Sequence record: NC_061440.1
Strand: one strand, 5' to 3'
DNA length: 64,000 nt
Shown here piece by piece: positions 48,085 to 56,021 of this stretch; position 1 is the first letter of the stretch; each line of letters begins with the position of its first letter. A program made the position numbers and the translations under genes. The notes below the pieces were generated by a model. That model had not been told where the DNA came from and did no database searches. It saw nothing but the letters and a program-made list of their open reading frames with translations.

Positions 48085-50414
48085 ATCACCTTACGGGACA
48101 GACTGGACGTTCCACCTTTCTTGGTGACTGTCCATTGATTGTTAGAGAAGTGCTCGACGTCATTCGGAGTTATCCAGTAGATGTTCGGGATAATCTGTTT
48201 GAGAATCGGCAGGAAGTTTTCAACGATGTGATTACTCACCGCAGGGCTGCAACTATTATCAGGTTCATCGAGGATGATAAAGTTCGTTCGACGGTTCGCT
48301 GGGATAAACGGCATGATCGCTACAGCGAACAGCAGTCTAAAGCAGTTAGTCTCCGCGCCGCTCATGATACCAATGTCCGTAGTCTTTTTCGAGATCATAC
48401 GGGTCACGGTAGCACCAACACCTTGCTTGGTCGTAAACAGTTCGAATCGCATAGGCTCAGGGAAGACGAGGCCAGAGTATTCGTTCAGCTTGGCTTCGAT
48501 TTGTTTCAATCGACTTTCAACGGCTTTCAATTTGAGCGCGTTGTTGCTGTATGCCTTATACAGGACTTCGAACACCTTGCGCTTATCAATCAACGGCTGG
48601 AGCTTGGCGAGCTTAGTACGGAGTTCACGTAATGTTTCCTCGTAGTGCTCATGCTCCTGCACACGCATCTGGATGCCTTGTGCCTTGCGCTCTTTCTTGT
48701 CGATATCGTTACGCAGAGATTCAGCTTCCTGTTCAATCTTTTTGTAACGTCCGTCAAGAATGTAGAACGGATCTTCTGGCTCACCGATAGCTTTCATTGC
48801 AGCGCGAAGGTCTTTCAGAATCTCAAGGTCCTTGATTCGGTTCTTGATTGTCTTACGGGCTTTCTTAGGCTGCTTGACCGCTTTAGGTTTCTTGAGCGCT
48901 GCCTTACGTGCTTGCAGCTTCTCCAGCTTCTTGGCCTGTTCGAATTGTTCTTCGATCTGGTCAAGCTGTTTGCCTGCTGCCTTGAGTTTCTTCTCAAGCG
49001 CTTTGCGATCATGCTTCGGCTTCTTCACTTTGTCTGACTGCAACGCGGTGAGTTCGGCATTCAGCTTGTGGTAGTCGATATCAGTAATGCACTCGTCAAT
49101 GATAGCCTGCGCTTTGGTTGCTGCGCGTGACATGGCTTTGATATCAACGTCCTGACCGCAAGTAGGACAAGAGTTACCATCGTGCTCATGCTCCTCAAAA
49201 GCACGATACGCCTGAACTATTGCTTTGGATTCTGCTCTGGCATCCTGTGCCTCTTCCTGAGTTCGTTTAGGACTTTTGAGCTTAGACAACCGTTTGGTGA
49301 GCTTTTCACAGGCTTCTCGCCAGTCGTCGTATTCTTCTTGTTGCTCATCTACCTTCTCCAGTAGCTCTTGGAGTTCTTCTTCCTCTTTAACTAGCTTGCC
49401 GTGTTTCTTACGCAACTTCTTGTTATCGAGGTCAGCAACATCACCAAGTGCCTTGATGCGTTTCTTAACTTCGGCCAGCTCCGCTTCATACTCCTCCAGA
49501 GCTTCCACGTAATCTTCGTAACGGTCATGCTCGATAAGCTGGCCACGCAGGTCATTCAGTTCGCCTTTGAGATCAGTAGTCTCAATGCCAAGAGTGTCCA
49601 GTTGGTGTTTCAGCTTCTCGTACTTACGCGCATTGCTACGCGCCGTACTGAGTTCTACCAGTTTACCATTCAGATCATTACGTCGGGCTTTCATCTTATC
49701 GAGATGCTTGATGATAGCAGCCAGAGTATTCTTTTCTTCGGCGTGAATGTTTAGCGCGTTTTGTTTACGCTGCGTCACGTCGAACATATCAGCCAGTCCC
49801 TTCGATTCTGTCTCGGCATCTTTGGCCAAGTCCAGCTTCTTCTTCAACGCCATACGAATGTTGTCGAAGATATCGAGGTTGAATAGCGAGGTCAGATACT
49901 TGAGGCGATCAGCAGGTGCAGCGCGTTGGAACGGATGCGAGATCTGCGACTGAATATAGCAGTAGCTGTAGAACTCATCTTTGGACAGAGGCCAGTGCTT
50001 CTGTACCCAACCACGCGCAACGTCCTGACGACCAACCTTCTGGTCTTCACCATTGAAGAACACTTGATACTTCGTGGCCGACTGTACGATACGCACAATG
50101 CCACCAAGCGGAGATTCCCACGACAGGTCGATTGAGCTACCTTTGCCGAGCATGTTCCCCTTGTCTTTCTTTTTCATCGCAAGAGGGTCAGCTTCATACA
50201 GCAAGGTAGGTATCGCAGCGAACAGCATACTTTTGCCTACGCCGTTCGTGTTGTCTTTAACGTTCGTACTATCGAGGTTCTTTCCGCAGATTGTTGCGAA
50301 GCCCTCGTTGTCAAGGCCGTCAATATCGAGTTCCTTGTACACGCCAACATCGCGCAAGTGAATCTCTTTCAGGCCGATACCGTGCTGCTGTTTCTGCTTT
50401 TGCTTCTTGGCCAT
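48081..50414 (-). CDS. sbcC: SbcC/Rad50-like SMC ATPase (777 aa)
   Basis: Walker A NGVGKS, Q-loop YIQS, Zn hook CPTCGQ, signature MSGAE, Walker B ILDEP, coiled coils. Confidence 0.92.
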   Translation of the reverse strand: MAKKQKQKQQHGIGLKEIHLRDVGVYKELDIDGLDNEGFATICGKNLDSTNVKDNTNGVGKSMLFAAIPTLLYEADPLAMKKKDKGNMLGKGSSIDLSWESPLGGIVRIVQSATKYQVFFNGEDQKVGRQDVARGWVQKHWPLSKDEFYSYCYIQSQISHPFQRAAPADRLKYLTSLFNLDIFDNIRMALKKKLDLAKDAETESKGLADMFDVTQRKQNALNIHAEEKNTLAAIIKHLDKMKARRNDLNGKLVELSTARSNARKYEKLKHQLDTLGIETTDLKGELNDLRGQLIEHDRYEDYVEALEEYEAELAEVKKRIKALGDVADLDNKKLRKKHGKLVKEEEELQELLEKVDEQQEEYDDWREACEKLTKRLSKLKSPKRTQEEAQDARAESKAIVQAYRAFEEHEHDGNSCPTCGQDVDIKAMSRAATKAQAIIDECITDIDYHKLNAELTALQSDKVKKPKHDRKALEKKLKAAGKQLDQIEEQFEQAKKLEKLQARKAALKKPKAVKQPKKARKTIKNRIKDLEILKDLRAAMKAIGEPEDPFYILDGRYKKIEQEAESLRNDIDKKERKAQGIQMRVQEHEHYEETLRELRTKLAKLQPLIDKRKVFEVLYKAYSNNALKLKAVESRLKQIEAKLNEYSGLVFPEPMRFELFTTKQGVGATVTRMISKKTTDIGIMSGAETNCFRLLFAVAIMPFIPANRRTNFIILDEPDNSCSPAVSNHIVENFLPILKQIIPNIYWITPNDVEHFSNNQWTVTKKGGTSSLSRKVI

Positions 50415-50656
50415 TAGAAATACTCGACAGTTTCTTCCTGTATCAGACCTTTACCATGCGTCTGCTCAAACACTTCGATTTCGTCCTGCGTGTACTCTGA
50501 GGACGATTCGGCGATCACATCATACGAGATGGATTCTTCGCGTGTGTCAGAAATGATTGGCTTGAGAATACGCCACAGAGGCAGAGCGATTGTTTCGCGC
50601 TTCAAGATTTTTGCTACGACAACCATTAGTGAAATACTCCAGCTGGTTCTACCCAC
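50414..50656 (-). CDS. Hypothetical protein (80 aa)
   Basis: TAATG coupling to SbcC. Confidence 0.55.
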   Translation of the reverse strand: MGRTSWSISLMVVVAKILKRETIALPLWRILKPIISDTREESISYDVIAESSSEYTQDEIEVFEQTHGKGLIQEETVEYF

Positions 50657-50841
50657 AGTTCAGGCGCGTTGTACTGCGCACGTAATTCGTTCAGGCGATC
50701 ATCGGTCAGTGGACGATCGGAGACTAAGATGCACTGCGGCACCTTTTCTTCTTTGCCTGTTACAGGATGAATGTCGCGGTCGTGGCGCATGACATTCCAA
50801 CGTTTTGATACGGAGATATTGATTAAGGTATTGCGTTCCAT
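50626..50841 (-). CDS. Hypothetical protein (about 71 aa)
   Basis: Start likely at ATG 50841, downstream of CTGTAAATA at 50880. Confidence 0.5.
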   Translation of the reverse strand: MERNTLINISVSKRWNVMRHDRDIHPVTGKEEKVPQCILVSDRPLTDDRLNELRAQYNAPELWVEPAGVFH

Positions 50842-50879
50842 AGTCAAGGACCTATGTATAGTGTATGAATGATACTCGC

Positions 50880-50888
50880 TATTTACAG
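50880..50888 (-). promoter_or_regulatory. CTGTAAATA promoter-like motif for the SbcC operon
   Basis: Recurrent 9-mer directly after a terminator. Confidence 0.6.
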
Positions 50889-50905
50889 TTTTTGAGGGTA
50901 TAGAC

Positions 50906-50934
50906 AAAAAGAAGGGCCACCATTAGGCAGCCCC
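50906..50934 (-). terminator. Rho-independent terminator
   Basis: GC hairpin followed by a T run. Confidence 0.65.
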
Positions 50935-51207
50935 TGCGAATACTTTGCGCACCCCGTTATCCAGATAGTGATCTGCGTAGAAGGGTCCATTTTCGTTTTC
51001 AATACCAATGCGCCGACATAGCTGACGACGTAAGCGCCTAGGCCATACCAGCTCATCTTCAATCAGATGAATGACGGCAGGTAGTGCTTCCAGCTGCGTC
51101 ATAGTTAGGTCACGAATCTTGTCGTCAATGCGACACAGCTCCGCATAGTCCTGTTCAGGTGTTGGTACGTTGCGCACAGGCTTAGAAAGATCTACGGTGA
51201 GTTCCAT
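50923..51207 (-). CDS. Hypothetical protein (94 aa)
   Basis: TGATG coupling. Confidence 0.7.
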   Translation of the reverse strand: MELTVDLSKPVRNVPTPEQDYAELCRIDDKIRDLTMTQLEALPAVIHLIEDELVWPRRLRRQLCRRIGIENENGPFYADHYLDNGVRKVFAGAA

Positions 51208-51653
51208 CAGTATCTCCGTGGCTTCTTAGGTTTCTTGATAGTGGATTTAGGACGCTTGATTGCTCTCAGAGCTTTACGCGCCTCAATAATCTGCTTGGAC
51301 AATTCAGAGCGACGAGCCTTAATCTGGTCCGTGTCCTGCTCAGTGCCTTTGAGTTTATCAAGGCGATTCCATTCTTTGACCAGACGATCAACTACACCAG
51401 CACGAGACACCCGCTGCTGATTGGTACGCACAATGTCCTGCTGCGTCTTCACCGAATCGCGTGTACGATTAACTTCTTCACGCGCTGACTTAACGCCTTT
51501 GGTATCACCCTCAGATTGTTTGTCGTTCAGCTTCTTACGCGCTAACTGCGAGCGGCGTTGTGCTCCCTTGAGATCATCTTTCGAATTGTCCAAGGAGACT
51601 TGAGTATCTTCGAGCGGGCTGGTACGCGCACTCAAACTGATAAGTATCTTCAT
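51207..51653 (-). CDS. Basic coiled-coil protein with N-terminal LISLSA tag (148 aa)
   Basis: GAGG SD; N-terminal motif. Confidence 0.75.
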   Translation of the reverse strand: MKILISLSARTSPLEDTQVSLDNSKDDLKGAQRRSQLARKKLNDKQSEGDTKGVKSAREEVNRTRDSVKTQQDIVRTNQQRVSRAGVVDRLVKEWNRLDKLKGTEQDTDQIKARRSELSKQIIEARKALRAIKRPKSTIKKPKKPRRY

Positions 51654-51667
51654 AAGACCTCAAAACG

Positions 51668-51693
51668 AAAAAGGGCGACCCGAAGGCCACCCT
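51668..51693 (-). terminator. Rho-independent terminator
   Basis: GGGTGGCC-TTCG-GGTCGCCC followed by a T run. Confidence 0.75.
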
Positions 51694-51784
51694 GTGTAGA
51701 ATGGCGCGCTATGCACCCGACTGGTTAGGTCTACTACGATTATTTAACCTCGCAGTAGTGAGCGAGGAGATGGGGATCACCTCC

Positions 51785-52321
51785 TCATGCGGATTGAAGT
51801 TGAAGAATTTCTTCGTCTTCTATATCCGCGCCAGACCACGAACGAATCACGGATGCGTTTCCACGATTGCCTGTCAGCATCATCTTAACTGATGGCTTGG
51901 CATCGCGTTCTGCGTAATAGTCGGCGAGAGCTTTCTCTGTACCGAACCATAAAATGGAGTGACCACCCTTAGGGCAGATCAAGAATTGAGTAGGACGTTG
52001 TGGAACGTTCAACGTCAGATAGAAGTCACCAGCGCCAGTAGGACCAAGCATTGGCATAGGCTTCATGATCTGCTGAAAGTCTCCAGCATCTTTAAGACGT
52101 GTATCGCCCAGCAACCAGATAGCACCTTCTTCTCCCTCACGCACAGCACTCAAGGTACCTTTACGTGTTGTGATAGAGCCAAAAGTGTCTTGATCGAAAC
52201 GGGCTAGACCGAAGATGAGTGATGCGAGTTTCTTCAGGTCAGGGGTCGTGCATGGACTATCAATTTTTGCCATGCCCTCGGACCCTACTGTAATCTTCGA
52301 GAGTGATACAAAGATTTCCAT
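51785..52321 (-). CDS. Hypothetical protein with N-terminal FVSLSK tag (178 aa)
   Basis: CTAATTT upstream; N-terminal motif. Confidence 0.75.
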   Translation of the reverse strand: MEIFVSLSKITVGSEGMAKIDSPCTTPDLKKLASLIFGLARFDQDTFGSITTRKGTLSAVREGEEGAIWLLGDTRLKDAGDFQQIMKPMPMLGPTGAGDFYLTLNVPQRPTQFLICPKGGHSILWFGTEKALADYYAERDAKPSVKMMLTGNRGNASVIRSWSGADIEDEEILQLQSA

Positions 52322-52357
52322 ATTGTCTTCCAGAGCTGTATGATTAATTGTGATATA

Positions 52358-52364
52358 AAATTAG
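52358..52364 (-). promoter_or_regulatory. CTAATTT promoter-like motif
   Basis: Recurrent motif after a terminator. Confidence 0.55.
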
Positions 52365-52388
52365 TGTTTGATCAGACAATTCTGAAAC

Positions 52389-52420
52389 AAAAATGGGCAG
52401 CACAAAGGCCACCCATTTTT
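52389..52420 (-). terminator. Rho-independent terminator
   Basis: GC hairpin flanked by A and T runs. Confidence 0.75.
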
Positions 52421-52427
52421 CACTTAT

Positions 52428-53711
52428 TTACTTCTTCTTCTTTTTCTTTTCTTTCTTCGGCTTGTCGTCTTCGTCGTCTTCGCCCATCTTGACTGCCAGC
52501 TTACCTTCATAGATATCAGCCATGAGAGTAAGCACTTTGGACTCCAACATAATGTCTGCTGGTACGGACGTTGAGTTGAATGCTACTTCGGATTCAGCCA
52601 ATGCAGATTGCAGATACACCATACTAACCAGATTGACTTTGATGTTGTCTTTCTTGGTCATGTTCATGAACATCTTGAGGCCAGCCGACTGCCACTTATT
52701 CGTTTCGGCGTAATGGCCTAACACGCCGTGAATAATCCAACGAGCTTTCGCAACGATTGCACGTGGGTTGTTCGATTCACGCAGGAACTGAATAACACCA
52801 ATCAGGTCCATCGCCAGATACGCACCGATCATCTGGACAGCTTTCGCTTCCATATCGATCTCTGGGTCTGCTGCTGCGAGTTCGGCAACGAGGTTCTTAT
52901 CGAAGTCCTCACCACCTTTCACGGACGCATAGATATTCTGCAACATCGTGATTGCGCCACGCATCTGACCACCAGCATAATCCGCTACCTGATGCAGTGC
53001 TGCTTCTGCTTTCTCACGCGCCTTGTCTTTCTTCGGCATGATCTCAAGTGCCGTACCGATTTCAATCAGTCGCTTGTGAATCACATCAGTTGGAATAGGT
53101 CTGATAGGCAGTTGCGTCATGCGACTGATCATCGTGCCCTTCATCTTCTCCGGGTTGGTAGTTACGAAGATGAATACAACGTGCGCTGGAGGCTGCTCTG
53201 CAATTTTGAGCAACTTGGATTCGGCTGCGCTTGACATGAGGTGCGATTCGTCGAAGATGAATACGCGACGTTTGAACATCGGACTCAGCGGTGCGCTGTC
53301 CACGATCTTCTGGCTGCCTTCAACTTTACCAGCATCGCCACCCATATCGAACTCTTGCTCATCGGGGTGTGCGCCACGGTCGTGCATTTCACACGAACGA
53401 CATTTGCCACAGGCCGAGAACGTGTCGCAGTTGATATACTTCGCAACCAGACGCGCAAACGTTGTTTTACCTGAACCCAAATGACCAGTAATGATCATTG
53501 TCGATGGAATCGTTTTCGACTTCTGCCAACCCTTCATGATCTTAACGATGTGGTCTTGACCAACATAGTCTTCGATACGTTTCGGTCTAAACTGATCAGC
53601 AAAGTTAATCGTTGTCAGTTCAACAGACTCGGAAGAATCGCCTTTCTTTTTCTTTGGCGTATCACCACCAAAGGAACGCGACTTCTTCTTTTTCTTTTCT
53701 TCTTTAGCCAT
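52428..53711 (-). CDS. dnaX: DNA polymerase III gamma/tau-like clamp loader subunit (about 427 aa)
   Basis: FRPK...DYVGQDHI, GHLGSGKTT.AR, C....CG.C.SC Zn module, DESH, LLK..E.PP..V.FI..TT, ISR. Confidence 0.92.
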   Translation of the reverse strand: MAKEEKKKKKSRSFGGDTPKKKKGDSSESVELTTINFADQFRPKRIEDYVGQDHIVKIMKGWQKSKTIPSTMIITGHLGSGKTTFARLVAKYINCDTFSACGKCRSCEMHDRGAHPDEQEFDMGGDAGKVEGSQKIVDSAPLSPMFKRRVFIFDESHLMSSAAESKLLKIAEQPPAHVVFIFVTTNPEKMKGTMISRMTQLPIRPIPTDVIHKRLIEIGTALEIMPKKDKAREKAEAALHQVADYAGGQMRGAITMLQNIYASVKGGEDFDKNLVAELAAADPEIDMEAKAVQMIGAYLAMDLIGVIQFLRESNNPRAIVAKARWIIHGVLGHYAETNKWQSAGLKMFMNMTKKDNIKVNLVSMVYLQSALAESEVAFNSTSVPADIMLESKVLTLMADIYEGKLAVKMGEDDEDDKPKKEKKKKKK

Positions 53712-53746
53712 TTTCAATTCGCCCTTAGTTCTAATGCGTTACACCA

Positions 53747-53765
53747 GTTATTTACAGATTTTAGA
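53747..53765 (-). promoter_or_regulatory. TCTAAAATCTGTAAATAAC promoter-like motif upstream of dnaX
   Basis: Identical to 22821-22839. Confidence 0.65.
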
Positions 53766-53766
53766 C

Positions 53767-53802
53767 AAAAAGAAAGGACCACATCCAAAACGGAGGGTCC
53801 TT
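53767..53802 (-). terminator. Rho-independent terminator
   Basis: Hairpin followed by a T run. Confidence 0.65.
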
Positions 53803-53852
53803 ACGTGTTACAATGGTTTGAATGATAACGCATCGGCAGTGGGCGCTGTCGA

Positions 53853-54050
53853 TTAGGCAAAGCTCATCTCCCAACGCGGTACAACGCGGAAGAATTGCTT
53901 AAAGTGGGACGGTGGGTTCTGCTTGATGGACTCAAGTTTCTTTTCCACAACGTCATAATCTTTTATGCCACTCTCAACGCAGTGAGTGGTGAATGTACCG
54001 TCAGCCTCAATCAAATCGGCGACAACACGGTAGCTTGGTTTTCTCAGCAT
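53853..54050 (-). CDS. Hypothetical protein (65 aa)
   Basis: AGGAG SD; CTGTAAACA variant at 54090-54098. Confidence 0.7.
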   Translation of the reverse strand: MLRKPSYRVVADLIEADGTFTTHCVESGIKDYDVVEKKLESIKQNPPSHFKQFFRVVPRWEMSFA

Positions 54051-54124
54051 CTAGTCTCCTGAAAACGAAATTCTCATTGCTCTGAATTATGTTTACAGAT
54101 TACTGGAGTAGTCACAAAAGAATA

Positions 54125-54480
54125 AAGTAAGACAAATCTTAAACTCCAATAGGTACTCGCTGGAATTCCTATTGGAGTTCACCCTCAACCGATGACGGTC
54201 GGCAGAAGGTGTTCTCCCCGTGCTTTTCGATTGCACCAGCACGGTAGCGCTTGCGGTCTTACGCTCTTGTCATGCAGCGGGCCGGCAGGGATGGTAGCAT
54301 TTCCCGCCGCAAAGAGCAGCCGCTTTCGGCCATTAGCGATAACGCGGTGTTACGCTTAACGGCCCGACTCTGTGGCCGAGTCTGTACAAAAAAGAGTTCG
54401 GCCTATTCCCCAATTCGGCAAAAAGAAATAAGCCGAACTAAACAGTCAACGCACACTCCATATGCGCTGTTTTGTACTGT
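54125..54480 (-). ncRNA. Candidate large structured non-coding RNA (about 350 nt), family unrecognised
   Basis: At least nine stems I could trace by hand, with G-U pairs that work only in the minus orientation; a possible pseudoknot; CTAATTT motif 6 nt upstream of the first stem; U-rich 3' end; no credible ORF. Confidence 0.7.
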
Positions 54481-54483
54481 AAC

Positions 54484-54490
54484 AAATTAG
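54484..54490 (-). promoter_or_regulatory. CTAATTT promoter-like motif with no downstream ORF (would drive the candidate ncRNA)
   Basis: Recurrent motif. Confidence 0.55.
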
Positions 54491-54517
54491 AAACATCCTG
54501 CAATATTCAGACAATTC

Positions 54518-55105
54518 TTAGTTCAACATCGGAACGAGATTTTGCAAGAAATGTTTGCGATCAAACGAACTGATTCGGTGCGGATGATCGACGTGCATGT
54601 TCCATCCTTTGTTGAACAGCAGCACGTTCTTCGGCAGGACAACGTTAATGCCAACGCGAGTGAACGAATCACGAACGGCAGTCACTGGATTGTCGTCAAC
54701 CAGAATCCAAGTACCTTCACCGTACTTCTCGTTCAGGTAAGCAATCTTATCAGGATGCTGGCGTGAGTCCAGACAGTCGATGTGGTCAAACAACGACAGG
54801 TGCTTCTCCAACACCTTGCGTGTGTAGCGTTCACCTTTGGCGTGATAGCCACGATGCGTACAAATACCGACACTGAAACCGTCGCGCACCAGCATTGCAA
54901 CCGTTTGGATGAAGTAGTCACGCATGTTAGCTTCGAGCATGAAGCGACCGTCAGCCAGCATCTCCACGAAAGGTTCGTGACCATTCTCTGGCGTAATGTA
55001 CGTGTCGGTACCTGGGTAGATTCCCCAGTTCATCAGATAGCACAGCATGAAGTTATGCGTATCGAATGCCGTGTCGTCCATGTCGAAGAAAATATATTTA
55101 ATCAT
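54518..55105 (-). CDS. HAD superfamily phosphatase, 5'(3')-nucleotidase-like (about 195 aa)
   Basis: FFDMDDT, CTHRG, PDKI and LVDDNP; start moved to ATG 55105 (TAATG coupling). Confidence 0.85.
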   Translation of the reverse strand: MIKYIFFDMDDTAFDTHNFMLCYLMNWGIYPGTDTYITPENGHEPFVEMLADGRFMLEANMRDYFIQTVAMLVRDGFSVGICTHRGYHAKGERYTRKVLEKHLSLFDHIDCLDSRQHPDKIAYLNEKYGEGTWILVDDNPVTAVRDSFTRVGINVVLPKNVLLFNKGWNMHVDHPHRISSFDRKHFLQNLVPMLN

Positions 55106-55443
55106 TAATGCCTCGTGCTGTTGCACAGAAAAGGTGTATCGTTGATGAAGCCGAGATTCAACTGACAAGCAAGGTGAGTCAGGCGCATCTCATCTGCGTT
55201 GGTTACGATCATAACGTTAGCATACGGGTCGAGTCGGAAGTTTGGAACTTCGATCAACTCAACGTTGAACGGACCAGACTCGTTCTCATTAATGAAGTAC
55301 GCGCCAAGCATCCACGTTGTACCGTTATCATCTGGAAGTAGGTGACCGATGATGCAATCCTCGTCCTGCATAACAATATGCAGTGGTCTATCGAAGTCCA
55401 TATCTTCTGCACCAAATTCAAAATGGAAATCATCATCGCTCAT
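55105..55443 (-). CDS. Acidic hypothetical protein (112 aa)
   Basis: GAGG SD. Confidence 0.7.
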   Translation of the reverse strand: MSDDDFHFEFGAEDMDFDRPLHIVMQDEDCIIGHLLPDDNGTTWMLGAYFINENESGPFNVELIEVPNFRLDPYANVMIVTNADEMRLTHLACQLNLGFINDTPFLCNSTRH

Positions 55444-55445
55444 GG

Positions 55446-56021
55446 TTACGCCCTCAGATCAACAAGTATCGACGCACTCAAATCTCGAAGCATGTCACGG
55501 CCGAGAGAGGTGTACATCGTTTGAGAAACAACTATACGTTCAAGGAACAGGCGAGAACCAATGACGTCCCTGCCTAACTTCTGCTGAACGAACTCAATGA
55601 TTGAAGACGGAGGCTGAATGAGGAACGTGAGTATCTCAGCATCGTGGAGAACGTTGCCCATCGCTGTCACAGGTCGCATTTCTGTTTCCTGATCGAGGAT
55701 GTATGAGATGACTCGGTCTGCATTGCCTATGTTTGGATAGCGCTTGAAGAATCTACGCACCGCTTCTACGGTGTGCATGAAATCGTAGTCCGGTCGGGTC
55801 GGCATACGAAGAAAGAGTGAAGCGAGCAACAGGTTTATTTCTAACTGCGGACCTTGTTCAATGTTCAACATCGCATGTGCGGTCAGCACAACATTCAACG
55901 AGAAGTCACGAGTATAGAGCGGGTGAGAGGTCGCTGTCTGATCGAAATAGTCAAGGGCCTGACGCAACCCTTGACGTATTAACAGGTGCTCTGCTTTAAT
56001 GCGGGACAGGCGTTGCATCAC
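55446..56021 (-). CDS. Hypothetical protein, possibly a degenerate HD fold (191 aa)
   Basis: LLLASLF at the HD position and VLHDAE at the terminal D..D position. Confidence 0.5.
   Translation of the reverse strand: MMQRLSRIKAEHLLIRQGLRQALDYFDQTATSHPLYTRDFSLNVVLTAHAMLNIEQGPQLEINLLLASLFLRMPTRPDYDFMHTVEAVRRFFKRYPNIGNADRVISYILDQETEMRPVTAMGNVLHDAEILTFLIQPPSSIIEFVQQKLGRDVIGSRLFLERIVVSQTMYTSLGRDMLRDLSASILVDLRA

Noticed and set aside
54125-54480. Possible tmRNA, tRNA, RNase P or group I intron identity for the structured RNA
   Set aside because: No acceptor stem/CCA or T-loop, no P4 motifs, and no P7 motif or host gene interruption seen
54251-54490. 79-aa plus-strand ORF over the structured region
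   Set aside because: TTG start with no SD, antisense to all neighbours and to the promoter-like motif; the G-U pairing favours a minus-strand RNA
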